DNA of 64,000 nucleotides, taken from positions 895 through 64,894 of IMG/VR virus record IMGVR_UViG_3300037264_002561. One strand, given 5' to 3'. The translations under genes and the position numbers were made by a program. The DNA comes from a virus (taxonomy: Duplodnaviria; Caudoviricetes). This document shows, piece by piece, positions 8,664 to 17,439 of this stretch (the stretch's first letter is position 1; each line of letters begins with the position of its first letter). Under the pieces are notes generated by a model. The model was not told the DNA's origin, made no database searches, and worked only from the letters and a program-made list of their open reading frames with translations.

Positions 8664-9851
8664 ATGGCTATCACCCAGACTCCCAAGATCCTGATGCGGT
8701 TGGAAGCCGGCGGACGCTGCCGGCTGATGTTCGAGAACCCGAACGACGGGTACACGGCGAACCCTGTTTCGGGGGCCGAGGTCATCAACCGGCTCCGGAT
8801 CTTCCACACGATCCATTCGTCGGTGGCCGTGACGGACGTCGAGGACGTCGTTCTCCCGTTCGTTCTGGATGACCAACCAACGGAGCTCTACTTCGAGCCT
8901 CCGCTGATTGGGCTCTACGTGTTCGCGTGGGCGCACGTGAACGCCGCGGCGCAACCGACCCCGAAGGACATCGAAGGGCCCCGGGCCGCAGGGGTCTACG
9001 TCTACGGCCGAACGACTATCTTCGATCTCCTCCAGACTGCCGGCCAGATCGACTTCGGGGATGCGTTCACCCAGGCCGTGAAGATCCGGTTCATCGAAGA
9101 CTCGAGCCGGATGTTCGACGCCTACGCTGGCTGGCACTTCTTTCCCCTCTACCAAGCCTTCCCAACCGACGGGAAGGACTCGTTCGACCTCACCCTTCCC
9201 CTCCCGATCATCGAAGTGCTGGAGCTTTCTCGCTTGGATCACTTCCGGGAGGGGCGTCCTTCGATCATCACTCCGAGCGAGTACAGGGTCTTCAATCGTC
9301 ACATGGCGTTCCGTCACGCCTACGATCCAGCCGTCGACTCGACTCGTCCTGACGGCTACCTGGAGGCTCCTGGGGATGGTTCTGGAGGCCAGACGGTAGA
9401 GGATGACCGCTTCTGCCCAATGATCTCGTTGGGCTTCGCGAACGAGTATGGTCGGGGTCACATGCACGCCGGCTCGGGCATGGCCTGGTCCTTGCAGCAT
9501 CGCGGGGTGGCATCCTTCAGCAAGGCCTCCCACCTCGGCGGCTTCTCGCGCGGGCGCCAGCACATCATCGTGAAGGGGTTCTTCGGCTTCACGGAACCCG
9601 ACCTCTCAGTTCCGATCGGGATCCAGGTGGCGACTGAACGCCTGGCAATCCGCAACGCTACCCTCGAGTATGGGACCCCGGATGACGTGGAGAGGATCCT
9701 GCGGGGCCACCGAGTCATCATGGAGAAGACGGACACCCACTCGATCATGTACGAGCCCCGTAACAAGCTCTCTGGCTTCTTCACTGGTGACGAGACGATC
9801 GACCAGTGGATCGCCAACTACAGCCGTACGATGGGGGGAAGCGTCGTTTGA
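8664..9851 (+). CDS. Head-tail adaptor/connector protein
   Basis: IEDSSRMFDAYAGWHF, RGRQHIIVKGFFGF, IQVATERLA, TGDETIDQWIANY; synteny. Confidence 0.7.
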   Translation: MAITQTPKILMRLEAGGRCRLMFENPNDGYTANPVSGAEVINRLRIFHTIHSSVAVTDVEDVVLPFVLDDQPTELYFEPPLIGLYVFAWAHVNAAAQPTPKDIEGPRAAGVYVYGRTTIFDLLQTAGQIDFGDAFTQAVKIRFIEDSSRMFDAYAGWHFFPLYQAFPTDGKDSFDLTLPLPIIEVLELSRLDHFREGRPSIITPSEYRVFNRHMAFRHAYDPAVDSTRPDGYLEAPGDGSGGQTVEDDRFCPMISLGFANEYGRGHMHAGSGMAWSLQHRGVASFSKASHLGGFSRGRQHIIVKGFFGFTEPDLSVPIGIQVATERLAIRNATLEYGTPDDVERILRGHRVIMEKTDTHSIMYEPRNKLSGFFTGDETIDQWIANYSRTMGGSVV

Positions 9852-10258
9852 TCGTTCCCCGTCTCCTACGCCCAATCCGAGTGGAGATCGCCCAGCTCCC
9901 TATCAGCAAGGTCGAGCAGGACACCGTCTGGCGTACCCCTAAGGAGACGATGGATCAGCAGCCTTTTCTGGACAAGGCCCCCAAGGTCATCCTCTGGGCT
10001 CAGCTCACGTTTGGGGAGTACAGCACCCTCACTCCGGTCGCAACTGGATCTGACGAAGACACGTCGGGCTACCTCATCATCAGGGAACGGGACCAGGAGA
10101 GGAACAAGTTCAAGCCGAACGACTTCCTGACGCGTGTGTTTCCGCGTGGGAGGACGCCCGTTGTCCTGAACCTGCGAATCTTTCGGGTGCGCCCAGCCGC
10201 GCAGCGCGAGAACTTTGGGCTTTACCGACTCGAGTTCGGGGATGATGCCCGTGGCTAG
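9848..10258 (+). CDS. Probable head closure (stopper) protein
   Basis: TTGA overlap with adaptor stop; about 136 aa, beta-rich; synteny. Confidence 0.55.
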   Translation: MIVPRLLRPIRVEIAQLPISKVEQDTVWRTPKETMDQQPFLDKAPKVILWAQLTFGEYSTLTPVATGSDEDTSGYLIIRERDQERNKFKPNDFLTRVFPRGRTPVVLNLRIFRVRPAAQRENFGLYRLEFGDDARG

Positions 10259-11753
10259 GATGCGAACGAAGTTTCGTTCTAGGACTCTTGGATCGAAGCG
10301 TCCCGATTTCTTGTCTAACGCGCGAGCCGGAGCTCAAGCGAAGGTCCAGAAAGCCTTCGGTGAATCCATTGCTGGCATCCAGAAGAAGTATGGAATCCGT
10401 CTAGCTCTCGGCGAAGCCAAGCGCTATCAAGCACGTGGGCCAATGATGGCTAACATGCTGAAGAAGTATTCGACTGGCAAGCGAGCTCGATTCACAGCCC
10501 CCTCTTATGAGAAGATCAATCTTTCTCAGACACCCGCTTTCACAACTCCGGCCATGCGATTTGACATCGATGATCTCGATTTCCTTGGGAAGGCCATTGT
10601 GTCTGGCCCCCTCATGCCCAAGCTGATGAGCCGCGTCACGACCGATGGTCGAACGAAGTGGATCTTGAAAGAATTCGCGGCCCTAGCTCGGAACATGCCC
10701 AACTACACGGGCGGTTCGGTCGTCGCTGTCGCAGCTCTGGCTCATCGCATTCTCCAGCACAAGTTTCTGGTGGAGGGTGTTCCGCCTGGTCTCAGTCCAG
10801 CGACAGCTATGATTCTTCAGGCGAGATCGAAGTTCAACCCCGACGCTATCCCGCGCGCAAAGCTCAAAGAAGCGGGAGCAACCGAAGCCGAACTTACGGC
10901 ATTCGTCGGGGAGTTTTCGGTCAACTATGGTCAACGGATGGTTAGAGCTCGAAGGAGTGGAAAAGAACGGACTCGCTCCACCTTCACGAGCTTCTTTGGA
11001 TCGGGACTCCAATACGCCGGAACAGCAAAGGGGTGGGATCCCTCTCGTATGCCTCTCCACCGCCCCTTCGGAGGCGGGCATGAGGCCACCTCGAAGACTC
11101 CTCTCAATCTCCTCGAAGCCTTCCGGATCGGCTTTGATCGAGGCCCCCGGACCTTGTTGGCCGCTGAACGAAAAGAGCACCAAAAGGCTGGCTTGATAGG
11201 GAAAGGGCGTCTCGTCGCCAACATCACGGGAGCCTACATCGGCATTCCTCCCTACCACCGCAGCCGAGATTCGGGGGAACTCTTTTCGGAAATCGCTCGT
11301 CTTCAGGAAACGGGCTACTACATTCCCATCACCGAGGCCGTGTGGGGGTTCTTCCTCCTCCTGAGCAAGTCTTTCCCTCTTCTCCAACCCCTCAAGAAAG
11401 ACCGGATCGGAACGAACTTCGTCGTTCCTGCCCGCCCTTTCCTAGGTCCGACCTCTGAGACGCTGGCTGCTATGATCGGCTCCCATGAGTTCGCCGAAGC
11501 CATGGAAGTGCCCATCGTCACAGCCATCGCGGCCGTCAGTCCTGCGATGGCCAAAGCCATGCGCAGTCGCCCGGGAGTGTCCCCTATCCTCCCCACGAAC
11601 CCCCATCTTCCGGCGAGTGGAGCTTTGGCTGGTGCTCCGATGCCGTCGATCTCGGCGCGGATGGGCGGCGGTCCAGACCTACGTGCTCAGATTGCGGCGG
11701 GCGAGGGCATCTACCGCCTTCTGCGAAGCGCGATCATGGGGATGATGAGGTGA
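10242..11753 (+). CDS. Neck/tail-completion (virion morphogenesis, HK97 gp10-like) protein, enlarged
   Basis: IARLQETG...VPARPFLGP motif; basic; synteny; start uncertain. Confidence 0.6.
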   Translation: MMPVARMRTKFRSRTLGSKRPDFLSNARAGAQAKVQKAFGESIAGIQKKYGIRLALGEAKRYQARGPMMANMLKKYSTGKRARFTAPSYEKINLSQTPAFTTPAMRFDIDDLDFLGKAIVSGPLMPKLMSRVTTDGRTKWILKEFAALARNMPNYTGGSVVAVAALAHRILQHKFLVEGVPPGLSPATAMILQARSKFNPDAIPRAKLKEAGATEAELTAFVGEFSVNYGQRMVRARRSGKERTRSTFTSFFGSGLQYAGTAKGWDPSRMPLHRPFGGGHEATSKTPLNLLEAFRIGFDRGPRTLLAAERKEHQKAGLIGKGRLVANITGAYIGIPPYHRSRDSGELFSEIARLQETGYYIPITEAVWGFFLLLSKSFPLLQPLKKDRIGTNFVVPARPFLGPTSETLAAMIGSHEFAEAMEVPIVTAIAAVSPAMAKAMRSRPGVSPILPTNPHLPASGALAGAPMPSISARMGGGPDLRAQIAAGEGIYRLLRSAIMGMMR

Positions 11754-11757
11754 TCGC

Positions 11758-12582
11758 TTGAGCCACCAGTCCCCCAAGATCGTCCCCGTCGAGGGCCCCG
11801 AGGAGATCCTCGAGTTCGTGCTCTCACGGTTCGCGGTCGATCTCCAGAAGGGAATGCGCCTGGCCATGGATGATGACACCATCGTCGTCGCCATCACGAC
11901 CCATACCGAGTACTACGACCCGACTCTTGGGGGGATGGTAGCGGCCCCTCCCACAACGACTACGGCCGCGGCTGCGTCAGTCCCTTCGATCTCGGTCGGT
12001 CAGGACGTGGCGATCGTCTGGAACCGGATCCTCCACCGCAACCAGTACCAGAAGATCCCCAAGCGGTTCAAGAACACGAACAACGTCTTCGTGGATGGGT
12101 TCGAGCGGATGATGCCCGTGGAGTTCGTTGACCTCGAAGTGGGCATCCGCTTCTTCCACAGCAAGCCGAACCACTTGGTACGCTTCCAGCGGGCCTTCAT
12201 CCAGTACCTCGACATCTTCCCCTACCTGTTCATCCCCGACGACCTCACGAACCGTAATGGGATTACGGACGTCGATGAGCTCCAGGCTCTCCTCGAACAG
12301 TGGTGGGCCTACCCGATGCAGGATCTCGCCACTCCTGGGATCTTCGTCAGCCAGGAGCTCCCCATCGACAAGCGCGTCTTCTCTACCAAACTGCGAGCGA
12401 ATCGAAGTAACCTCTTCGCAGCAGAGTCGCACATCGAAATCATGGGTATCCCACTTCCAAACCAGCTATCGCTCGGGAATCGTGAGCTGTTCAACGCTTA
12501 CCGGATCCCGATCTCGAACAAGGAAGACGCCACCGAGAGCGAACTCTCGGTCGCCACGGAAGGGACGCTCGAAGATCCATGA
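11758..12582 (+). CDS. Probable tail terminator/sheath-capping protein
   Basis: GAGGTG RBS + TTG; position between neck and sheath. Confidence 0.5.
   Translation: MSHQSPKIVPVEGPEEILEFVLSRFAVDLQKGMRLAMDDDTIVVAITTHTEYYDPTLGGMVAAPPTTTTAAAASVPSISVGQDVAIVWNRILHRNQYQKIPKRFKNTNNVFVDGFERMMPVEFVDLEVGIRFFHSKPNHLVRFQRAFIQYLDIFPYLFIPDDLTNRNGITDVDELQALLEQWWAYPMQDLATPGIFVSQELPIDKRVFSTKLRANRSNLFAAESHIEIMGIPLPNQLSLGNRELFNAYRIPISNKEDATESELSVATEGTLEDP
12253..12267. repeat. Dispersed palindrome copy 2 (CGTAATGGGATTACG, 1 mismatch)
   Basis: Intragenic, read as RNGIT. Confidence 0.75.
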
Positions 12583-12908
12583 AGCACTTGAAGATCCTGA
12601 ACACCCTCACCCGGGGGTTCCCGCTCCTTCCGTCCGTGGCATATCCCGACGCCAAGACCCTGTTCGTCCCGGCCAGTTCGGTCTTGACCGTCGGCCCCGA
12701 GTACCACGAAGGCCGGCACTTCCAAGCGCTGCGTCGAAAAGGTACACTGAGGATCATGAAGGAGTTCGACGTCCAGACCCCCAAGGCCGAGGTCGCTATC
12801 ACCCCAGCGCCCCTCGCTGCCCCCCCGGAGGCCAACGTCACCGATCCCACCCCGATCAAGCCGAAGCGCAAGTCGAGGCCCAAGATCGAGGCCAAGTCGA
12901 CCGACTAG
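12579..12908 (+). CDS. Hypothetical protein
   Basis: ATGA overlap; good codon usage. Confidence 0.65.
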   Translation: MKHLKILNTLTRGFPLLPSVAYPDAKTLFVPASSVLTVGPEYHEGRHFQALRRKGTLRIMKEFDVQTPKAEVAITPAPLAAPPEANVTDPTPIKPKRKSRPKIEAKSTD

Positions 12909-13008
12909 GGCGTCGAACTCTTTCTCCTCTTCATCATCTCAGCACGTGGTAACTAAGCTCGAGCAAGCCGGCGAGGGCGATACCTCCTGGCACTGATGGA
13001 GAGTCACC

Positions 13009-15528
13009 ATGTCGGTTTTCCAATCGCCCGAGATCAAGTTCGTCGAGAAGTTCGACGGCTCCCCGGCGTTTCCGGCGATCGACAACGACGCGACCGTCGC
13101 GATCGTCGGCATCTGCGAGAAGGGCCCCATCGGGGTCGCCACTCGCGTCACATCCTACGGCGAGTTCCGAGCCATCTTCGGCGCCTTCCTGAACGATGCC
13201 GAGATGGCCTTCTGGATCGAGCACTTCTTCACCAACAGCGGTGGACAGGGAGAGCTCTACATCGTCCGGACGGCCCACTACGCGGACATCACGGACATCA
13301 CCACCCTCGCGGCCATCAAGGCCTCGACGACCCTCCCGAACGAGGGTCCCAGCTATTCCCTTTCGGGGACGGCTCCCGTCACTGCGACGGCCGTGGGGCG
13401 CACCGACTTCCAGGTGGCGATCAGCGGGGAGGTGGCCCAGACGATCAACCTGGACTACTTGCACGCTGGCACATCCACCTCGGATGCTGCTCCCGCCACC
13501 GTCACGGGCGTCGGATCGACGGATCTCGACATCGCCCTCAGCGGAGAAGCCGCGCAGACGATTTCGATCAACAACGCCCTCGTCACCGGGGCCACGATCG
13601 CGGCGGCCATCCAGGTAGCCGTGCGAGCCCTTACCGCGGCTGTCCCGGCGAACCAGCCCGACTACGAGGCGTTCACGGCGGTCTTCGCGGGTGGCCTCTA
13701 CGTCCTGACCAACGGCACCCAGGGGGCCGGCAAGGACGTGGTCGTCACCAACGCCGGGGCCAACAACATGGCCGACGAGCTGAAGCTGGGAGTCGCCAAC
13801 GGCGGTACCGAGGATGCTGGCGAAGATGCCGTCATCAACGGCCTCGCCGTCGCGGCGGCCATCCAGGTAGCCGTACGAGCCCTTACCGCGGCCGTACCGG
13901 CGAACCAGCCGGACTACGACGCTTTCCTTTGCGTCTTCACCGAGGACGGCCGCTACCTACTCCTCAACGGCACGGTGGGTGCCGGCAAGGACGTGGTCGT
14001 CACCAACGCCATCTCCCTCAACGCCGCGGACGACTTCAAGTTGGGGGTCGCCAACGGAGGAACCGAGGACGCCTACCCGATCGACGCGGTCCTTTTCGAG
14101 GCCTACTCGGAGGGTATCCATGGGAACGCCCTCTCGACCACGACTTCGATGCAGAACAAGGTCAACACGACCTTGACGGTCGATCTCGTGGACGGGGACA
14201 CGCAAATCTCGGTTCGGCGCCCGGCCGGCATCGTTCCGGGCCAGTACCTCCAGATCACTGACCAGACCGCCCCCCTCGCCAGCGCATTCGTCTCCGAGGT
14301 CGATCGGGTCGAGGGAGACATCGTTTTCCTGCGCGACGCGGTGGTCTTGACGGAGACCGTGGAGGGGACGGGAGCGACCCCAGCCGAGGTCAAGTCCCTC
14401 GAGTTCCAGGCCACGTTCTACCTCTCCGGGAAGTTCCTGGAGAAGTTCGACTACCTCTCCATGAACCCCCGGAACACGGACGCCTACTTCGTGACCCGGA
14501 TCACCAACGAGAGCCCCAACATCGTGGCAACGGACCTGAGCGCCCCCAGCCTCCCGGACACCAGCCGCCCCGATCCCGTCACCGCCCAGATGTTCACGGG
14601 TGGAGTGGACGGGCTCGCGAGCCTCGGCGACACCGACTTCATCGGCGACGAGGTGGCTCGCAACGGGATGCAGGCCATCCGGGACCTGGAGACGATCAAC
14701 TTCCTGGTCGTCCCTGACCGGCCGACCGTGGCCGTCCACCAGGCGATGCTCGATCTCGCTGCCGAGCTGGACCGGTTCGAGGTCATCCTCGACCCCCCGC
14801 TCAGCTACGACGAGAACGACATCTCCGAGCACGTGATCGACAACCAGCTCGCCAGCGACTACGCGTCGATCTACTGGCCGAACCTCTACATGAGCGATCC
14901 GCGACGTCGCACGGATCGCCGGCTGATCGCCCCGAGCGCCTACGTCCTGGGGATGCGTTCCAAGAACGCCAACACCCCCGGGATCGGCGTCGGTCGACCG
15001 CCAGCCGGTCGTCGCTTCGTCGCCCAGGGAGTCGTGGGCCTCGAGTCGGACGCCGGCTTTCGCAAGGAGGTCCGGGACACCCTCAAGCTGGCCCGGGTCA
15101 ACCCCATCGCCGGGTTCATCGGCTCGATCGGCTTCTTCCCGTTCGGAGTCGATACTCTGCTCCCTGGGGGTACCGGGAACGGTGTGGGTGAGGTCCAGGC
15201 CCGTGCCGTGGTCCTGCGGGTCAAGCGCAATGTCCTCCGGATCGTCCGCGAGCATCTCCTCTCGGACATCGTGGACGAGGAGATCCTGTCCCGGCTGACG
15301 GGGGAGATCACCGCCTACCTGCGGGTCGAACGGGCCGAGGGAAACCTCATCGGCCGCAACGATGCCGACTCCTTCGCGGTCGACTTCAGCCTCGGCCAGA
15401 ACCCCCCGGAAGCCATGGCTCGCGGCGAGGTCAAGGGAAAGATCGCTCTGCGACTCGGCCGGGCCCTGAAGTACGTCGTCATCGAGATCTCCGAACACGT
15501 CCCGGCCAAGAACCAGTCCCCGGCCTGA
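13009..15528 (+). CDS. Contractile tail sheath protein with inserted domains
   Basis: SPEIKFVE, GICEKGPIG, FFTNSGG, FTGGVDG, ILDPP, IYWP, IAPSAYVLG, VNPI; C-terminal sheath pattern. Confidence 0.92.
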   Translation: MSVFQSPEIKFVEKFDGSPAFPAIDNDATVAIVGICEKGPIGVATRVTSYGEFRAIFGAFLNDAEMAFWIEHFFTNSGGQGELYIVRTAHYADITDITTLAAIKASTTLPNEGPSYSLSGTAPVTATAVGRTDFQVAISGEVAQTINLDYLHAGTSTSDAAPATVTGVGSTDLDIALSGEAAQTISINNALVTGATIAAAIQVAVRALTAAVPANQPDYEAFTAVFAGGLYVLTNGTQGAGKDVVVTNAGANNMADELKLGVANGGTEDAGEDAVINGLAVAAAIQVAVRALTAAVPANQPDYDAFLCVFTEDGRYLLLNGTVGAGKDVVVTNAISLNAADDFKLGVANGGTEDAYPIDAVLFEAYSEGIHGNALSTTTSMQNKVNTTLTVDLVDGDTQISVRRPAGIVPGQYLQITDQTAPLASAFVSEVDRVEGDIVFLRDAVVLTETVEGTGATPAEVKSLEFQATFYLSGKFLEKFDYLSMNPRNTDAYFVTRITNESPNIVATDLSAPSLPDTSRPDPVTAQMFTGGVDGLASLGDTDFIGDEVARNGMQAIRDLETINFLVVPDRPTVAVHQAMLDLAAELDRFEVILDPPLSYDENDISEHVIDNQLASDYASIYWPNLYMSDPRRRTDRRLIAPSAYVLGMRSKNANTPGIGVGRPPAGRRFVAQGVVGLESDAGFRKEVRDTLKLARVNPIAGFIGSIGFFPFGVDTLLPGGTGNGVGEVQARAVVLRVKRNVLRIVREHLLSDIVDEEILSRLTGEITAYLRVERAEGNLIGRNDADSFAVDFSLGQNPPEAMARGEVKGKIALRLGRALKYVVIEISEHVPAKNQSPA
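13598..14073 (+). repeat. Tandem intragenic duplication (about 252-nt period) in sheath
   Basis: tcgcggcggccatccaggtagccgt(g/a)cgagcccttaccgcggc at 13598 and 13850; peptide AAAIQVAVRALTAAVPANQPDY...GKDVVVTNA...KLGVANGGTEDA twice. Confidence 0.9.
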
Positions 15529-15549
15529 CCCGCGTAGAAGGAGGAATTC

Positions 15550-16200
15550 ATGGCCGCAGTATCCCAGCAGCGTGGAAGCCGTCGCCTGGTCGACAAGTAC
15601 GGCTTCCGGATCGTCTCCACGTACCTTCGCTCGGACACGGCCTTCGTGACCGGCTCCGAGCTCAAGATCACGTCGGAGGTGATCCGCTATCGAGCCGGAG
15701 GCTCCTTGATCTCGTTCAAGAGCCCCGGCCTGGCGGACGTCGAACCGTTCACCTGTACCCGAGGAGCCACCACAGGCATCCACGACCTGTACGTGTGGAA
15801 GTCCCTGGTGGTCAACGGCGCCGCCGGAGGTTCCTTCGTCGAAGGCTCGCCCATGGGCGCGGGTGCCCCCGATCCGTCGCTCTTCAAGCAGGTCATCGAC
15901 GTCGTCCAGACGAACCGGCAGCACCAGGCCATCAAGCGCTGGAAGCTCTGGAACGCCTGGCCTTCGGAGCTGTCCGTGGCGGATGGGTTCGACAACAACG
16001 CGAGCGAGCACAACTTCGAGTCGATGACCTGGGAGTACGACTACTTCTCGTTCGTCGACGCACGCACCGGCAGCGACATCTCCGTCTCCCTCTACGGCAA
16101 CTTCCTCGGCATCCCCTTCGGGATCGGCATGGGGTCGAACACGGGCCTCAACTTCTCGACGGCCCCAGCGGTCCAGTCCCTCCTCGGCCTCTTCTCCTGA
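15550..16200 (+). CDS. Tail tube protein (T4 gp19-like)
   Basis: IRYRAGG, PGLADVEPFTCTRG, RWKLWNAWPS; follows sheath; AAGGAGG RBS. Confidence 0.9.
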   Translation: MAAVSQQRGSRRLVDKYGFRIVSTYLRSDTAFVTGSELKITSEVIRYRAGGSLISFKSPGLADVEPFTCTRGATTGIHDLYVWKSLVVNGAAGGSFVEGSPMGAGAPDPSLFKQVIDVVQTNRQHQAIKRWKLWNAWPSELSVADGFDNNASEHNFESMTWEYDYFSFVDARTGSDISVSLYGNFLGIPFGIGMGSNTGLNFSTAPAVQSLLGLFS

Positions 16201-16210
16201 TGTACCATGA

Positions 16211-16243
16211 CCCCGGCTCCGTAACCTGATTACGGAGCCGGGG
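16211..16243. repeat. Dispersed palindrome copy 3 within a 14-bp stem-loop after tube gene
   Basis: CCCCGGCTCCGTAA-CCTGA-TTACGGAGCCGGGG; core 16220-16234. Confidence 0.85.
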
Positions 16244-16276
16244 CCCTCAACTGACTTCATCACGAAAGGACAGATC

Positions 16277-17182
16277 ATGCGGGAACGCGTTTCCTACGTG
16301 CTTCCAGGAACTCGCCAGGAGCTCGTGATCGGCGCCATCACGCTGACCGAGCTCGACTTCCTCAAGAGCGAGGTCGATGCTGGGAAGTCACCCGGGCAGG
16401 CCACCATCAACGTGATCGCCCGCTGCCTGGGGATCGAGCCCAAGGAGTACAAGAAGTTCCTCTTCGGGGATCACCTGGCTTCGATCCTCGCCCTCCGTCG
16501 AGCCAGCTACGGAGATGAGTACGTCTACGAACTCCCTTGCTCCGATCCCGAATGCAAGGTCACTTCCGAGTTCACGACGGTTCTCAGCTCCTTGCCCCTC
16601 GAGTACCTGGACCCGAAACAGCCCGTCGAAGGGCTGGAGTTCGTCCTCGATGATGGGAAGTGCATCGTCTGGAAGATCCCTTCCGTGGGCGACTTCCTCA
16701 TCAAGGAACAGGATCTTGTCCTGAACAAGAAAGAGGGCAAGAAGGAAGCCAAGAAGGCCGCAAGAGCCGAAGGGTTGACTGCCGGGGCCCTGAAGCCGGT
16801 CCAGAACCTTCGCCCGATCACGTACCAGATGTCCATCCTGGTGACGGACATCAAGGACAAGGCTGGACCCGAGGGCAAGTCGATTCTCAAGACTCCCGCT
16901 GATGGCTACGAGCGGCGCGAAGAGATCCGGCAGTTCGTGAGTGCCCAGTCGGCCGGCTTCTGCCTGGAGTTCTTCCAGGACATCGACCAGTTCATGCCAG
17001 GGCCGCGGATCGACGTGGTCCACGAGTGCCCCGAGTGTGGTGAGACTCTGAAGGCCGTGCTGCCGATCGAGGAAGGTTTTTTCTTGCAGAGCCGTCGCTC
17101 TTCGAGGAAGGAGACGACCCCCCAAGCGACGGCCAAGTCGAGGGTGCCGACCCCCTGGAAGACGACCACGGTATCGGGCTAA
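16277..17182 (+). CDS. Tail assembly chaperone (short, gpG-like form)
   Basis: Between tube and tape measure; GDHLASILALRRASYG, CxxxxC and CPECG motifs. Confidence 0.75.
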   Translation: MRERVSYVLPGTRQELVIGAITLTELDFLKSEVDAGKSPGQATINVIARCLGIEPKEYKKFLFGDHLASILALRRASYGDEYVYELPCSDPECKVTSEFTTVLSSLPLEYLDPKQPVEGLEFVLDDGKCIVWKIPSVGDFLIKEQDLVLNKKEGKKEAKKAARAEGLTAGALKPVQNLRPITYQMSILVTDIKDKAGPEGKSILKTPADGYERREEIRQFVSAQSAGFCLEFFQDIDQFMPGPRIDVVHECPECGETLKAVLPIEEGFFLQSRRSSRKETTPQATAKSRVPTPWKTTTVSG

Positions 17183-17436
17183 GTGCCCAGATAGCCACCG
17201 ATCAACCGATCCTGAAGGCTCCACTGATCCGGCCCGGAGCTCTGTTCAAGGTAGCGATCGGTCTGCTCATCCAAGCCCCGCTCTTCCCGGCCCTGAGCCT
17301 CACCCTCAGCGAGATCTACGGCTTGTCCCTGAGACGGTTCTTCTGGCTCGTAGGAGAGCACGGGAAGATGATCGATGCGGCCAGGAAGGCTTGGCCCAAG
17401 AGCGCAGGAGCGAGGCCGTCAGCGCGAAGGAGGTGA
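17083..17436 (+). CDS. -1 frameshift extension of tail chaperone (gpGT-like)
   Basis: Slippery T-TTT-TTC at 17077-17083; -1 frame open to TGA 17434-17436, 3 nt before TMP start. Confidence 0.8.
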   Translation, partial: LAEPSLFEEGDDPPSDGQVEGADPLEDDHGIGLSAQIATDQPILKAPLIRPGALFKVAIGLLIQAPLFPALSLTLSEIYGLSLRRFFWLVGEHGKMIDAARKAWPKSAGARPSARRR

Positions 17437-17439
17437 GAC

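Noticed and set aside
12909-13008. Intergenic stretch before sheath as ncRNA or promoter
   Set aside because: Only a weak TAAGCT -10 candidate, no convincing -35, no recognisable RNA structure
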